DNA of 64,000 bases from Eledone cirrhosa. Its lineage: Eukaryota. How positions within the stretch are numbered: the first letter of the stretch is position 1; each line of letters opens with the position of its first letter. The notes under the pieces were generated by a model. The model was not told where the DNA came from and made no database searches. It saw only the letters and a list, made by a program, of their open reading frames with translations. A program made the translations under genes and the position numbers. Positions 13,047 to 26,173 of this stretch are shown piece after piece. Where the stretch lies: the NCBI GenBank assembly GCA_964016885.1, contig OZ024742.1, positions 55,614,001 through 55,678,000 of the forward strand, written 5' to 3'.

Positions 13047-13880
13047 AAAGAAGAAACATTAGATATAATTAATAAGATATACCATACCCAAATTTCTTTA
13101 GTCCTCCTCGACTGCGTAGTTTCGTGGCTTATTATGCAAAAACACTACATCACAGAGCTGCAGTATTTTTGTGAGGTTTGCCGACGTATCAAGAGCATAC
13201 CCCAATTAGAGGTTCAAAACACGTCCGTAGGACGCGAAATAGATTCTCGAAAGTCGGAGGGGGAGTCAATCACGTGATACAGTTGTCAAGAAACAGAGCT
13301 AAGCCTCTTACAACCAAGAAAAAAATACTACAAAAGGCGGAGGGGGTATCTATATCAAAGCCATAGAAGAGATGGCTAGGATGGCGAGAAGTTTGAGTAA
13401 TGAAAGATATCCAGCAGTTACTACACTTCAGTGGTTACTCTACCATAGGGAGTTATAAACAACATAAAGAAATACACAGGCACTTGCGAAGACATACATA
13501 TACATTATTTTTTTTCTTGGTTGTAAGAGGCTTAGCTCTGATTCTTGACCGCTGTATCACGTGATTGACTCCCCCTCCGCCTTTCGGGATTCTATTTCGC
13601 GTCCAACGGATGTGTTTTGAACCTCTAATTGACGTATACTCTTGATACGTCGGCAAACCTCACAAAAATACTGCATCTCTGTGATGTAGTGTTTTTGTCT
13701 AATAAACCACGAAACTACGTAGTCGAGGAGTAATAAGGAAAATTTGGGTATGGTATATTTTATTAATTATATCTAATGTTTCTTCTTTCTTTATAATGCA
13801 TTATATAGCTCTGATACTGAATCAATCTAATCCATTCGGATTATTTTGTCCCAGTTATTCATAGAGCAACAACGATTATA
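13043..13880. mobile_element. Inverted pLTR pair, diverged subfamily of 11066-12100, with HHR motifs at 13107-13195 (-) and 13639-13727 (+)
   Basis: 13043-13325 is the reverse complement of ~13510-13793. Core reads TTGATAC in both arms; GAAAC TACG(T/C)A GTC gag. Confidence 0.8.
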
Positions 13881-13980
13881 TATATATATATATTCATTAG
13901 TTAAGCTAAACAAGACCACTAATTCACCAATCTCTCCTCTCCTATCTCCATCACTCTATTTAAGATTGGTTACCCTTGAA

Positions 13981-14024
<44 letters not shown>

Positions 14025-14038
14025 GATATACTTGATAT

Positions 14039-14660
<622 letters not shown>

Positions 14661-14670
14661 TATATATATT

Positions 14671-14705
<35 letters not shown>

Positions 14706-14714
<9 letters not shown>

Positions 14715-15082
14715 AATAACAGGAGGCTGGACTGGTGTAATTCCTTAAAACGTTTATTATGCCATGATCATTTCAGGGACCGGGTTCAGTATGTATCCGG
14801 TGACATCATCAGGTATTCGAAATATAACAAAGGAATATAATGTCTCTGATTTTCAGCCCCATGGATTTTGTCTATTATATTCCTTTGTTATATTTCGTAT
14901 ACCTGGTGATGTCACTGGATTCATACTGAACCCGGTCACTGAAATGATCATAGTTTAATAAACCTTTTAAGGAATTACACCAGTCCAGTATCCTGTTATT
15001 TTATAATAATCAACTCCGTACTCTCACCACCAAATACAGAAACGAAGACCAGTTCTAACCAGTGGTGAACCAACACACCTAA
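14706..15082. mobile_element. Inverted pLTR pair plus tail with two degenerate HHRs (~14758-14815 -, ~14898-14956 +)
   Basis: Arms ~14706-14840 and ~14873-15008. Consensus atac-CTGATGA-tgtcaccgg..ccggtcact-GAAA TGATCA TA-gtat-AATAAA. Confidence 0.8.
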
Positions 15083-15326
15083 ATAAATATACATATATAT
15101 ATATATATATATTTAAAGGTTAAACAAGGTTCAATGTATAAATCAAAGAATACTGCTGCCATGTATTTTTTAAGATTTCTCACACACTCTAATACATGTA
15201 TTATATGTAGTTTTTTTCATGTTTTCAATATTCAGGTATATAAATTTTGAGTGTTGTCATATATTACTCACTACCATGACTGAATCTTAACCATCTGCTA
15301 TGTCAGAGTATGTCATGCATCATCTT

Positions 15327-15391
15327 ATTTTATTTGATGAGGACGTACTGTTGAAGTTAACTCAGTACCTCTGAAATAAGTATAATAAAAT
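15327..15391 (+). ncRNA. Degenerate type-I hammerhead
   Basis: attttat-TTGATGA-ggacgtactg..cagtacctct-GAAA TAAGTA TA-ataaaat; 7-bp stem I, stem II gtactg/cagtac. Confidence 0.6.
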
Positions 15392-15447
15392 ATACTTGAT
15401 CACGAGCATATCTATTTTGTTAATGTTTTGAATTAATATATATATAC

Positions 15448-15533
<86 letters not shown>

Positions 15534-15657
15534 ATGTATATATAATGTATTTTGCAATACACTTTATGCTTAATTAAAAGCATTTTGAAGACCGTAAGCT
15601 ATCGTTTTAAAGTAGTGACAAATTCACTCACTTTGATTCCAGCAAACAGGGAAGATA

Positions 15658-15702
15658 AGCCGACAAGGCCTTGTTTCGCTTTTGTTGAAGCTTATCAAGG
15701 CT
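15658..15702 (-). ncRNA. Type-I hammerhead, UUGAUAA variant
   Basis: Reverse complement of 16009-16053. Confidence 0.88.
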
Positions 15703-16008
15703 AACTACTCCCTCCTGTCTGCCGAGATCAATGATGTTATATTCTTATAGAATTCTAGTAAATAATCAGGAACTGATTATACAGAGCGATTATTGGTCAG
15801 GCAGAAATTAAAAATTAGAATTGGAGCTCTAAAATAGCAATATATATATGGGTGTATATATAATGTATTTTGCAATACACTTTATGCTTAATTAAAAGCA
15901 TTTTGAAGACCGTAAGCTATTGTTTTAAAGTAGTGACAAATTCACTCACTTTGATCTCAGCAAACAGGGGAGATAAGCAGTGATCTCGGCAGACAGGAGG
16001 GAGTAGTT

Positions 16009-16053
16009 AGCCTTGATAAGCTTCAACAAAAGCGAAACAAGGCCTTGTCGGCT
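16009..16053 (+). ncRNA. Type-I hammerhead, UUGAUAA variant
   Basis: agcc-TTGATAA-gctt caacaa aagc-GAAAC AAGGCCTT GTC-ggct; all three stems pair and stem III is a perfect 12-nt palindrome. Confidence 0.88.
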
Positions 16054-16446
16054 TATCTCCCCTGTTTGCTGAGATCAAAGTGAGTGAATTTGTCACTACT
16101 TTAAAACAATAGCTTACGGTCTTCAAAATGCTTTTAATTAAGCATAAAGTGTATTGCAAAATACATTATATATACATCCATATATATATTGCTATTTCAG
16201 AGCTCCAATTCTAATGTATATATATATTTATACATATCTCTCAAAAATATGGTCCTACATATAGATTACCTTAGAACATCAGCGGTACATTGACATCTAG
16301 CTCTAATTTTTGAAAGAGAGTGTATTTAAGTTACATTTCTGATTTAGCAGTAATGGGTAAGTATCGACTACTCTGGTGCATTATGGTCCAGAGTAGTCTA
16401 TATATATATATCCATATATATATATACATATATATAAATATATATA

Positions 16447-17464
16447 TAGTGGTAGAACACTGGATGGTAATATCCGTAGTGGGAGAGCACTCAGTCCAAG
16501 GGACGAGTTAGGTAGAAGTGGTTACACAACAGTTAGTTCACCACACGTCTAGCAACCAATCAATTACTCTCCCACTATCAACAACACCAATAAGAAAAGA
16601 AAGCGTAACAATAGGCAAACTATCTGGTTCTCCCCTCCCTTATCACTCAACGTTAAAACCAATGTAGGCAAAACATTTCTAGCCCTCTTAGATAGACACT
16701 TTCCCATAGGTCATAGATACCGCTCCATCTCTAACCGACACAAAGTAAAACTAGGATACTCCTGCGCTAATAACATGAAGGCCCACATCACCAACAACCC
16801 TAAGAACAACACCCACCAGGGTTCTCTTGCCACAAGCCCGAAGCTTGTCCCCTTCAATAACAATGCAACACACCCGCTGTAATTTATGAAGCTGTGGTCA
16901 CTTCCAACCGAACAAATCAACCACAGGAGGTCAAATCCTATGTAGGTATGGCGGAGGGCCGATTTTAGGAACGCTTCCTGAACCACCGATCGACCTTTAG
17001 GTACCCAGACGTTCATCCACGAAACTCGTGAGCCCCGTATGGTCCCGCAAGGACACAAGTATAGGCTACTCAATACAATCGAAAGCCATCACTAAGTCCA
17101 AGCCATACGCAAGGGGAAATCCGTCATGTGGACTATGTATTTATGAACGAATAAATATTCTAAAGAGATTATGCAATAGTGATTGCCTAAACACGAGAAA
17201 TGAATTCTTCACACGTTGTCCACACGTCTCGAAACACCTCTTACATAACTACAAAGCTCAGGATGGAATCACAACAACAACCTAATTTTCTTAAAACTAG
17301 AAACTTTTCGGATTTTGCAGTTATCTCCCTTAAACCTCTCACACGCTTTTTAGTATTGCCCGTTTGAACTAACATTTTTGCGCATGTGCGTTCGTACGGT
17401 TCTCCTTCCTGTTCCGTATAACCAAATCCATTACGAGCTGAGGATCCGCTAAGGTGAAACAATT
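16447..17464 (+). mobile_element. PLE remnant: inverted tail (16447-16547) plus GIY-YIG-encoding 3' part ending inside its HHR
   Basis: IWFSPP..NVKTNVGK.FL.LLDRHFP, VIYEAVVTS..SYVGMAEGRF, CGLC..E, RCPH; ends CTGAGGA tccgctaaggt GAAAC AATT then (TA)n. Confidence 0.85.
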
Positions 17465-17509
17465 ATATATATATATATATATTTTTTTCTTTGTTTCTAC
17501 TTTTTATTA

Positions 17510-17697
17510 TTGTTTCTACTTTTGGCACAAGGCCAGCAATTATCCACGTGTATAACTGGTACTTTATTTTATCGACCCCGTAAAGATGAAAGGCAAAGTT
17601 AATCTCGGCGGGATTTGTACTCAGAATGGCAAGAGCCGTAAATCTTTGCTGCAAAGCATGGCGTCAGACCCTCTACCGATACTGCCATCCACCGCTT
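17510..17697 (-). mobile_element. tRNA-derived SINE
   Basis: A-box-like TGGCAGTATCGG, B-box-like GAGTACAAATCC, core gcctttcatctttacggggtcgataaaataaagtaccag; same family as 44977-45165. Confidence 0.85.
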
Positions 17698-17733
17698 CCA
17701 TTTATTAATATTATTGATGTATATATATATATG

Positions 17734-17779
<46 letters not shown>

Positions 17780-17837
17780 CATATACATATATATATATGT
17801 ATATGTATATATATATGTATATGTATATATATATGTA

Positions 17838-17906
<69 letters not shown>

Positions 17907-17940
17907 AAGTATATGTATAAATGTATATATATTTATATAT

Positions 17941-18131
17941 AGGAACGAGTAGGACCCCGACGGCTGAGCTCAAGCCGTTTCGACGGCTAATTCTGGACAG
18001 AATTAGCCGTCGAAACGGCTTGAGCTCAGCCGTCGGGGTCCTACTCGTTCCTATTACCCACTCTACTACCCTAAGTATTGTGTACTTTGGTACGTTATGG
18101 TCCACCTGGTTCCTTACCACATTTCCTTCGT

Positions 18132-18132
<1 letters not shown>
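17941..18132 (+). mobile_element. Perfect 55-bp-arm hairpin plus ~80 nt tail (HHR 3' half fold-back)
   Basis: 17941-17995 is the exact reverse complement of 17998-18052; contains GAAAC GGCTTGAGCTCAGCC GTC. Confidence 0.85.
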
Positions 18133-18162
<30 letters not shown>

Positions 18163-18179
18163 ACATATATATATATATA

Positions 18180-18585
18180 TTGCCATAGAGTTCCTTATTT
18201 GTTGGGTGTTCCTTCCAAGACAGGTTTAAAGCAGCGCGGAGCATACGTGTGTATACCCCGTCTATCTTTTTCTCCAGTTTCGACGTTAGCGTCCATGTGA
18301 TAGAGCTACAAAGAAGCATAGACTCCACACCAGCTCTGATGAAATTCCTTTTCAATTTGGCCGGCAGGTTTGATATCCATATCTTTTCCATTGCATTCAA
18401 TGCTCCCCAGGCTTTTCCCAGTCTGATGTTAACACCATGTTCTGCGGAGGCGATATAGCTACCCAGGTATTTGAAGTCGTGATCCTGCTTGATTATATCG
18501 CCGTTTAGACTTCGCATACCAACTGAGGAGTCTTGGTTCAGGCAGATATATTCTGTTTTGCCTGCGTTGACTTAGAGTCCGATTT

Positions 18586-18590
<5 letters not shown>
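18180..18590 (-). pseudogene. Non-LTR RT C-terminal fragment (RTE-like)
   Basis: DFKYLGSYI..IRLGKAWGA..WTLT..RMLRAALNLSWKEH.TNKELYG. Confidence 0.8.
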
Positions 18591-18682
<92 letters not shown>

Positions 18683-18687
18683 TATAA

Positions 18688-18759
<72 letters not shown>

Positions 18760-18761
<2 letters not shown>

Positions 18762-19963
18762 ATATAAGAAAACTACTACTCGAAATAGGACTAACTATAA
18801 CATATGAATACAACCTTAAAGTAGTTAACTTCCTGGATGTCACACTCAATTTAAACTCTGGTTTGATTAAACCGTTTCATAAATTGAATGAAAATCTCAA
18901 ATACGTAAATGTTGGGTCTAACCACCCCATCTCTATAATTAAATCTATCCCTAAAAATATTTCCCTTAGAATCTCGGGTCTATCTTCTAACATACAAGTA
19001 TTTAAGGAACACGCCGAGTACTACGATAACGCCCTTAGTAAAGCAGGCTACCTCAACAAAATAGAGTACATAGATGGGAACAATCAAAACACCCAAAATA
19101 AATCCCACATAGGTAGATATAATAACACAACACCAAACCACACTTACTACCATAGTATGCACACCAGTAAACCAACAAACAAAACTAATAGAAAGCGATG
19201 CAAAGAGTACTTATGGTATAACCCCGAATACAATAGCTCCATTAGTACAAATTTACCAGTACTCTTCTTTAAAATAATTAAAAGACATTTTCCCACATCA
19301 CACAAATACCACAAAATCCTAAACCCTACCACTATAAGACTGTCATACTCTACAGCGTTAAACCTTGAACAACACATAAAAAAGATCAATACTAGAAGGT
19401 TAAACGAAAACACTAAGAACTTAAGTACAAAGAACCCCCAAAAAACAGTAGACAATACACTACAGAACATAAATAAACCACACCTAAGTTCGTCCGCAAT
19501 ACTACTCCAGAGAAAACCCAACGTACACAACTGTAACTGCACCTATCCTGACAACTGCCCCCTCGGCAATAACTGCCTGGAAAAAAATATTATTTATAAG
19601 TGTACCATTAAATCCGGAGGCAACGAGTGGTATTACGTGGGATCAACGGCAACATCGTTTAAATCTCGATTGTATAGGCATTCTTACTCAATAAAACACC
19701 AGAGCCAAAGAAATGTAACAACTTTAGCAGAAAAAGCTTGGACGCTCAGGGATAGCAATCAAAAGTTTACCCTAAAATGGGAAAAATTAGCTAAAACCCA
19801 AAGCTTTTCCAGGAGCCAAAATTTCTGCAAATTGTGTAATCTTGAGATTTATTACATAATCACACACAAGAAGAAACTGCTGAATAACAGAATTGAACGA
19901 ACATTATTCTGCCGTCACAGAACTAAAACCCTTTTTTCCCACTACAAGCAGAATATTACATAA
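18760..19963 (+). CDS. 5'-truncated PLE ORF: RT thumb, Cys-rich linker, GIY-YIG endonuclease
   Basis: [22 protein letters not shown]...CPL.NNCL, NIIYKC..YYVGST..FK.RL.RH, CKLC.LE, CRH; frame uninterrupted from the (TA)n junction. Confidence 0.9.
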
Positions 19964-20290
19964 AAGAGGGACATCCCCCAACTATATAAACCTTAATCTA
20001 GTTAGAAAAATATAAAAACAATCTCTTCTCAACATATATTAATAACCTTAAATTACCATACTAATAATGAAAAGATATGCTGATGAGAATAGGTACAAAT
20101 ATGCGATAATGAATGTGTCTAAAAACGTCCATAAGTATGTATATATATGTGAAAATGTATATAAATAAGTAAATATATATATATGTTTGATGTGTATAGT
20201 TAGATGTAAGTGTATTCATGTATTAAAGTGCTTATATATATATATATGTGTGTGTGTATATGTATATATGTGTATATATGTATATGTATG

Positions 20291-20323
<33 letters not shown>

Positions 20324-20893
20324 GTATATGTGTATGTATGTATGTGTATATGGATGTGTATGTATGTGTATGTGTGTACACATGGACTAGAGTGTGTATG
20401 TATATATGTGTGTGTCTATACGTGTGTATATATAAAGATAAGTTGAGTATGAAAATGTATACACATGAGCGCGTATGTATGTACATGAATACATGTGTGT
20501 ATATATATGTGTATGCATGTGTATATATATGTAAGTATGAATATGTGAATTGTGAGTATATGTATTTTGTAGAGGTGTGCAAATATATTTGTGTGTGAAT
20601 GCGTGGGTGAAAGAATACGTACACTTGAAAGAAAAATTTAAGTCTGAATGTTAAGTGCAAACACAAAACCAACCACGCATATCTTTACTATCTCTAATCC
20701 TTCTATAGATTTAGAAAAATAACCAATAATATATTCTATAAAAAATGTCAAAACAACAGATGGGAATCTAATTACTCACTGCCACCAAGAATTCTCACTG
20801 CTATCGAAAAACCACTCCTTCAACTATTCTTCTAACAACTTCACCCCTCCCTCCTAATATTCTCTATAAAAACTAAATAGGTCCTCAGTAATA

Positions 20894-21010
20894 TTATTCT
20901 GATGAAATGACAGTAAATAATAACATTGAAATATTGAATGTCTGCATAACTAAAAGTTTGTAGATAGCTGTTTTAGGTTATGTAACTGTTATAGAAACAC
21001 GTGTCAATAA
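20894..21010 (+). ncRNA. Type-I hammerhead with ~90 nt stem II domain
   Basis: ttatt-CTGATGA-aatgacagt...actgttata-GAAAC ACGT GTC-aataa. Confidence 0.85.
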
Positions 21011-21175
21011 ATTCCTTTCAACTAAACTGTATCCATTCAAATCTTTCTATTTTTCTCCGGATTACTTTTGGAACTACAACTGGAACCGTTGAGCAAACTC
21101 TACGTGAGCTGATAATCTACTGTGTGTAATATTTATATTACAACACAACGGAAAATACTGTATATATATATATAT

Positions 21176-21217
<42 letters not shown>

Positions 21218-21859
21218 AATATGGGTGAGAAGAATACTGCATGGTTGCACATGGATAACATGTTATAAAATGAGTCCCTCATCAGTGATCTACCAAACGA
21301 TCATGGGTATTTCATCGCATTATATATATATATATATTTATACATATATATATATATCATAAATATATGTGTGTGTGTTTAAAATAAAACATTAAATTTG
21401 GGTAGTTCTGTCATAGATATTTTAGTATCAACTTATATCAGTGTGTCTACTGAATCCCTGATAGAATAAGTTTCATGTTAATATATCTCAAGTTACAGAA
21501 ATCTAACGTTTTATATTAGAACATTTTAGTAAAGAGACACTTCATATTAATCAGAATGGATGAGTTTACATTCTTTGTCATCAGCATTTTACTTCTGGAA
21601 ATATATCTCTTTAATATACACATATATGTATGTATGTATATATGTATATGCTTGATTTTTTATTACGTAGAAATAATTTCTGCAACACTAATACTTACAT
21701 TCATAAAACATCATCAAGAAAATCAGACATTCATGATGTTTTCGTACGAATGAAATAGTTTATATACATATACATATACATATTCATATACATATATATG
21801 TATATATGTATATATATATATATTTGTTTTGCGAGGTTTTTGATATGAAATCTTGTGTC

Positions 21860-22430
21860 GAAACAAATATTGTTATACTTGGGGAGGGTCATATTGTTGT
21901 AATAATATTGCCATAAATAATAACAGAACACACTCATTGTTTGGTTGGTTTTCGCTTCTGTATCTTTTATATTTCCACAATTAATTCATTCGGTCCTCAA
22001 TGTTTACCATTGACTAACCAACGGTCAAAAATACAGATACAATATAGATATAAACACATATATATAGTTTAACAAATGTCTTTCGTTGCACATCTGCCAC
22101 ATGTACCATCTGTGGTACTATTATATTCCTCCTGTTGTGTTGTATGTCTGCGCCATTTTTATTTTATCTGCCTATTTATTTATTTATTTATTTATTTATT
22201 GTCTTCTTCTCCGCGCATGCATTTGCGTGTTTGTATAATGTTTGGTGTGTGTGTTCGCGTTTGGGTGACTGTGTTTTGATTATTGTATTCTATCTTAGTT
22301 TACTAGTGTGTGTTTATATGTGTTTAGTGTGTTTGTTCGCGTTTGTGTGACTGTTTTGGTTATTGTACTCTATCTTAGTTTACTAGTGTGTGTTTATATG
22401 TGTTTGTTGTTATTGTGTTTGTGTAGATAA
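21860..22430 (-). mobile_element. 3' UTR/pLTR of the PLE family at 32330-36022
   Basis: Reverse-complement match to ~35560-36022. Confidence 0.85.
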
Positions 22431-23074
22431 TAATGGGATAACAGTGGAGAAATTAATAAAAGAATCAACATTTCTGTTAGTGTAACGCTTGTAGACATTT
22501 TGATAATCTTGCGTAGGCTTCCCTTATATACATGATGTTTCCTTAACGCGCGACATCGTGTGGCTAGAAGAAAGCTGAGGAAATTCCGACGATATAGTTC
22601 ATGATTTTATATTTTTCAACTTTACTTGCTCCACTGTTATCTCATTCTTAATTATCCATGTCAACATATATAGCGTATCCCCAGCTTCGCTCTTTTCTTC
22701 TTTCTCTATATATCTCTCCTATATCATATCATATACTATACGCTCTATTCCTTTCAGTCTCTCTCTATCCCGCCATTTTTTCTTTCCTCTCCCTCCCCAT
22801 CTCTCTCTCTCCTTCACTGACGGTTGTTCCTTTCATAAGAGGTTATGATTAACCCCAGTCTTTGCTATAATAACCGGGGCAGCTGGTTGTGTTACAGCTA
22901 TTTCCACATTTGAAATACGATATATTTATACACGCATCAATCCAAATCGTTTCATATCATATCATATATATGTGTGTGTGTGTGTGTGTAGATATATATA
23001 TATTTATACATATATAAGTATACATGAATATATATATACATATATGTAAATGTATGTATGTATATATATATGTG

Positions 23075-23115
<41 letters not shown>

Positions 23116-23862
23116 ATGTGTGTGCGTGTGTGTGTGTGTACGTGTGCCTGTGTGTGTGTTAAAAGACTTTGCGCCAACATATTAAAATCTACTTGACGTT
23201 GCTTCTGTAAGTGCTTCAAATAAGATTTTTGCTCTCATTCCATGATAAAAGGTATCTCGTTACAAGTCTTGATCGGTTTTAAAATGAGATTTATTGGAAG
23301 GAAGATTCTGGTTTAGTTTGGACGCCGCGAATCACATTCACTTTATGTATATTCTTATGAATATAAATATAGTCTAGGTTATTTTCAAAGTAAATGTAAA
23401 ACTGTGCCGGGATTGATGAGGTTAATTAGATTACAAAGTTTCATTGCTTAACTTTCGTAGTTTTTCAGGCAATTAAATAGTTCAGATGTAAGTTATCGAT
23501 TTTCACATCATCAGAACTGATCTCCTGTGTGTGTGTGCATGTATGTGTACGTGGGCGTGTATGTGTTAGGGGGTGTATGTGTGCACGTACGTGTTAGGAC
23601 TCCATCAATGATGGTGACAAGTTTATAGGACACTAGAAAAGGCTGCTATCAAAAATATGTTTATGCTTCACAATTGAACTGCCGCGTCCCCACTTGCTTA
23701 ATGTAATTCACAGGTACACACAGTGTAGCAGCGAGTGAAATGTAGTCAAATTTAATAACGGTTCCCTCAGATTTTTGGTAAATTAATGGACAGGAGCATC
23801 GTGAAATAAAGTGCCAAGCTCAAATGATGGATGTCACTACACACGCATACACACTCACACTT

Positions 23863-23939
<77 letters not shown>

Positions 23940-23943
<4 letters not shown>

Positions 23944-24322
23944 AATACAAGTATGTATACGTACATACATATATGTATATAGACGTACAGTAGTATGTAT
24001 ATATATACATACAAGCACATATATATATATATGCACGTATGGGTTTACCGGACATTTATTATAATGTTCGGTTTGTTTGGAAACAAACAGCCGGAATAAA
24101 GCCGTACAGTGTTCAGCAACCATCGTTGCCCTTTTGTGCAACACTGACAAAGGAACGATGAACTAATTTCAAGCTTATTAGCTATCGTCATCATCGTATA
24201 CCTTCCTGTCAGATGATTGAACGTTTGAAAGTATATACTTTCTTTATGCATATTAACGGCTGAACAGCCTAATTTGCATATCGAGGGAGTTAGTCGGCCG
24301 GGCGTACCGAAAACGATAATTG
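23940..24322 (-). mobile_element. Diverged solo copy of the 957-2133 HHR repeat (HHR 24155-24197, core mutated to ATGACGA)
   Basis: Minus strand acgatg-ATGACGA-tagctaataagctt-GAAAT TA GTT-catcgt; flanks are collinear with the tandem unit. Confidence 0.8.
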
Positions 24323-24329
24323 ATCTCTG

Positions 24330-24890
24330 TTGCCTACTCCTATTTTACCATATGCAATTATGGATGTCCTTGTGCCGGAGGTGGCTTTTCAAAATAGAAG
24401 GCACATTACTTGACCAGAAGTTTTAAAAGACGTCTCCATTCGTATTTAGATCAGGATCGCTGTTTCTTCCAATCATTCCTTTCCATTTCAGGTCCTCAAT
24501 TCCATTAGAATCTCTCATTAGGATATATGACTCAGTCATAACGATATCTAGCGCTTTAGTGAATTGATGAAGGAAGGATTTATATTCAAGCTCTCTGTTT
24601 GTCACACAAAAAATGCACCACCAATAGAGAGCTTTTTCCAGCTAAAGCTTCATGAAGCAATTACTCCATATGAATCGGTCCAGTCAGTAACACATTCTGA
24701 CAGTTGTGGCCCTGAGAGTATGCTCTCTCCCGCTTGTGCAGTCATATCTGGAGCCAAACCTGAATAGTGAAGTTTCCAGCCTCCATTCAAATCTATATTA
24801 CCAAAGTAAACCCAGACTATATCTCCCTGATAGCAGCTGGCCTTCTCCACTAGATCCTGCACCTTGCCTGCAAGGTTTATAACGTTTAGT
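24330..24890 (-). mobile_element. RTE-type LINE AP endonuclease fragment
   Basis: LNVINLAGK..LV, GGWKLHYSG, WKGMIGRNSDPDLN.NG. Confidence 0.8.
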
Positions 24891-25085
24891 TGGTTTGTCA
24901 ATAATTATAATAAATTTCGCGCCAGTTCGCGTTACAATAGTTCTTCAAATAAGAGGGGGGTGTTGTCGCAGGTTGTTTTTTCATATATGAAAAAACAACC
25001 TGCGATAACCCCCCCCCCCCTCTTATTTGAAGAACTATTGTAACGCGAACTGGCGCGAAATTTATTATAATTATTGACAAACCAA
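24890..25085. repeat. ~196 bp near-perfect palindrome centred on catatatg
   Basis: ttggtttgtcaataatt...ttttttcata / tatgaaaaaa...aattattgacaaaccaa. Confidence 0.9.
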
Positions 25086-25370
25086 TCAAATTACTTCTCG
25101 AAAAACCTGGCATTTCGAGCCACTTTTTCCATATAAAACAAGTAACATTCAGAGACCAACCAGATGTGAGAAAAACCACAGACCCTCCATCTCAACTCAC
25201 CTTTTGAAAAGCAGAAGAACTGCGAAACCGGTAAAGGAACCAAATAAATATATATATATATTTTTTTAAAATAAGACTCCAGTTGCATTTTCGATTTCAT
25301 CTCTTCTTCTTTATCCTTTCACTCGTGTAGGACACCTCGGTTATTTTTCATTTTGTAAAAAAACCCTCAC

Positions 25371-25482
<112 letters not shown>

Positions 25483-25561
25483 AAGGTATATATTGAGCTA
25501 CAAACTCAAAATAGTCTCTTACAAATAAATAGCTCAAGGAAAGAGATTTTTCCGAGCCGTT

Positions 25562-26037
25562 TATATAATTGAATATAAAAGAGAGATGAAGACATATATA
25601 TACATACATGTGTTCAAATCGTAAGGGACCAGATTCGCTAGGGTGAAAAAGATACTAACTATGGACAATAGGGTTTGCCAAACTCAATTTAACAATAAAT
25701 CAAGAAAATAAATACAAACCGGTATCGCGGTAATTACCAGACACCGACCCAGTCTGCTAAGATACTTAGAAGTGAAGAGTTTACTACACCACTGATTAAT
25801 AAAACGAATTGAAAATTCTCTTCATAATTAAATTGCAAAACAGCATTACCAAAGGTTGTCTGGGTACCTGGTAGTTACCAGAATACCGTTTCTATATATT
25901 TTCTTGATATATTCTTAAATTGAATCTAGCAAAGCCTATTGTCCATAGTTAGTATCTTTTTCGCCCTAGCGAATCTGGTCCCTTACGATTTGAACACATA
26001 TATGTATATATCTGTGTTTATCTCTTTTATATATTCA

Positions 26038-26043
<6 letters not shown>
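25562..26043. repeat. Inverted repeat (~190 bp arms, ~105 bp spacer) with a tail toward (TA)n
   Basis: gtgttcaaatcgtaagggaccagattcgctaggg / ccctagcgaatctggtcccttacgatttgaacac. Confidence 0.85.
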
Positions 26044-26107
<64 letters not shown>

Positions 26108-26137
26108 GTGGTTACACAACAGTTAGTTCACCATACA

Positions 26138-26173
26138 GAGAACAATTGTTTCACCTTCGCCGATCTTCAGCTC
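26138..26173 (-). ncRNA. Minimal type-I hammerhead
   Basis: gag-CTGAAGA-tcggcgaaggt-GAAAC AATT GTT-ctc. Confidence 0.75.

Larger units (their letters stand above)
15530..16215. mobile_element. pLTR cluster: two tandem minus copies (15530-15840, 15840-15978) and one inverted plus copy (15980-16215)
   Basis: Direct and inverted near-identical repeats bounded by (TA)n. Confidence 0.85.
18760..21160 (+). mobile_element. 5'-truncated PLE with long microsatellite-rich 3' UTR and terminal HHR
   Basis: ORF above, then UTR, HHR at 20894-21010, AATAAA, tail and (TA)n. Confidence 0.8.

Noticed and set aside
21240-21320. Minus-strand CTGATGA with a small gatc hairpin
   Set aside because: No downstream GAAA or stem III in the right order.
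25020-25075. TTGAAGA...GAAA inside the palindrome
   Set aside because: Stem II base does not pair and the core is non-canonical without 3-8 compensation.
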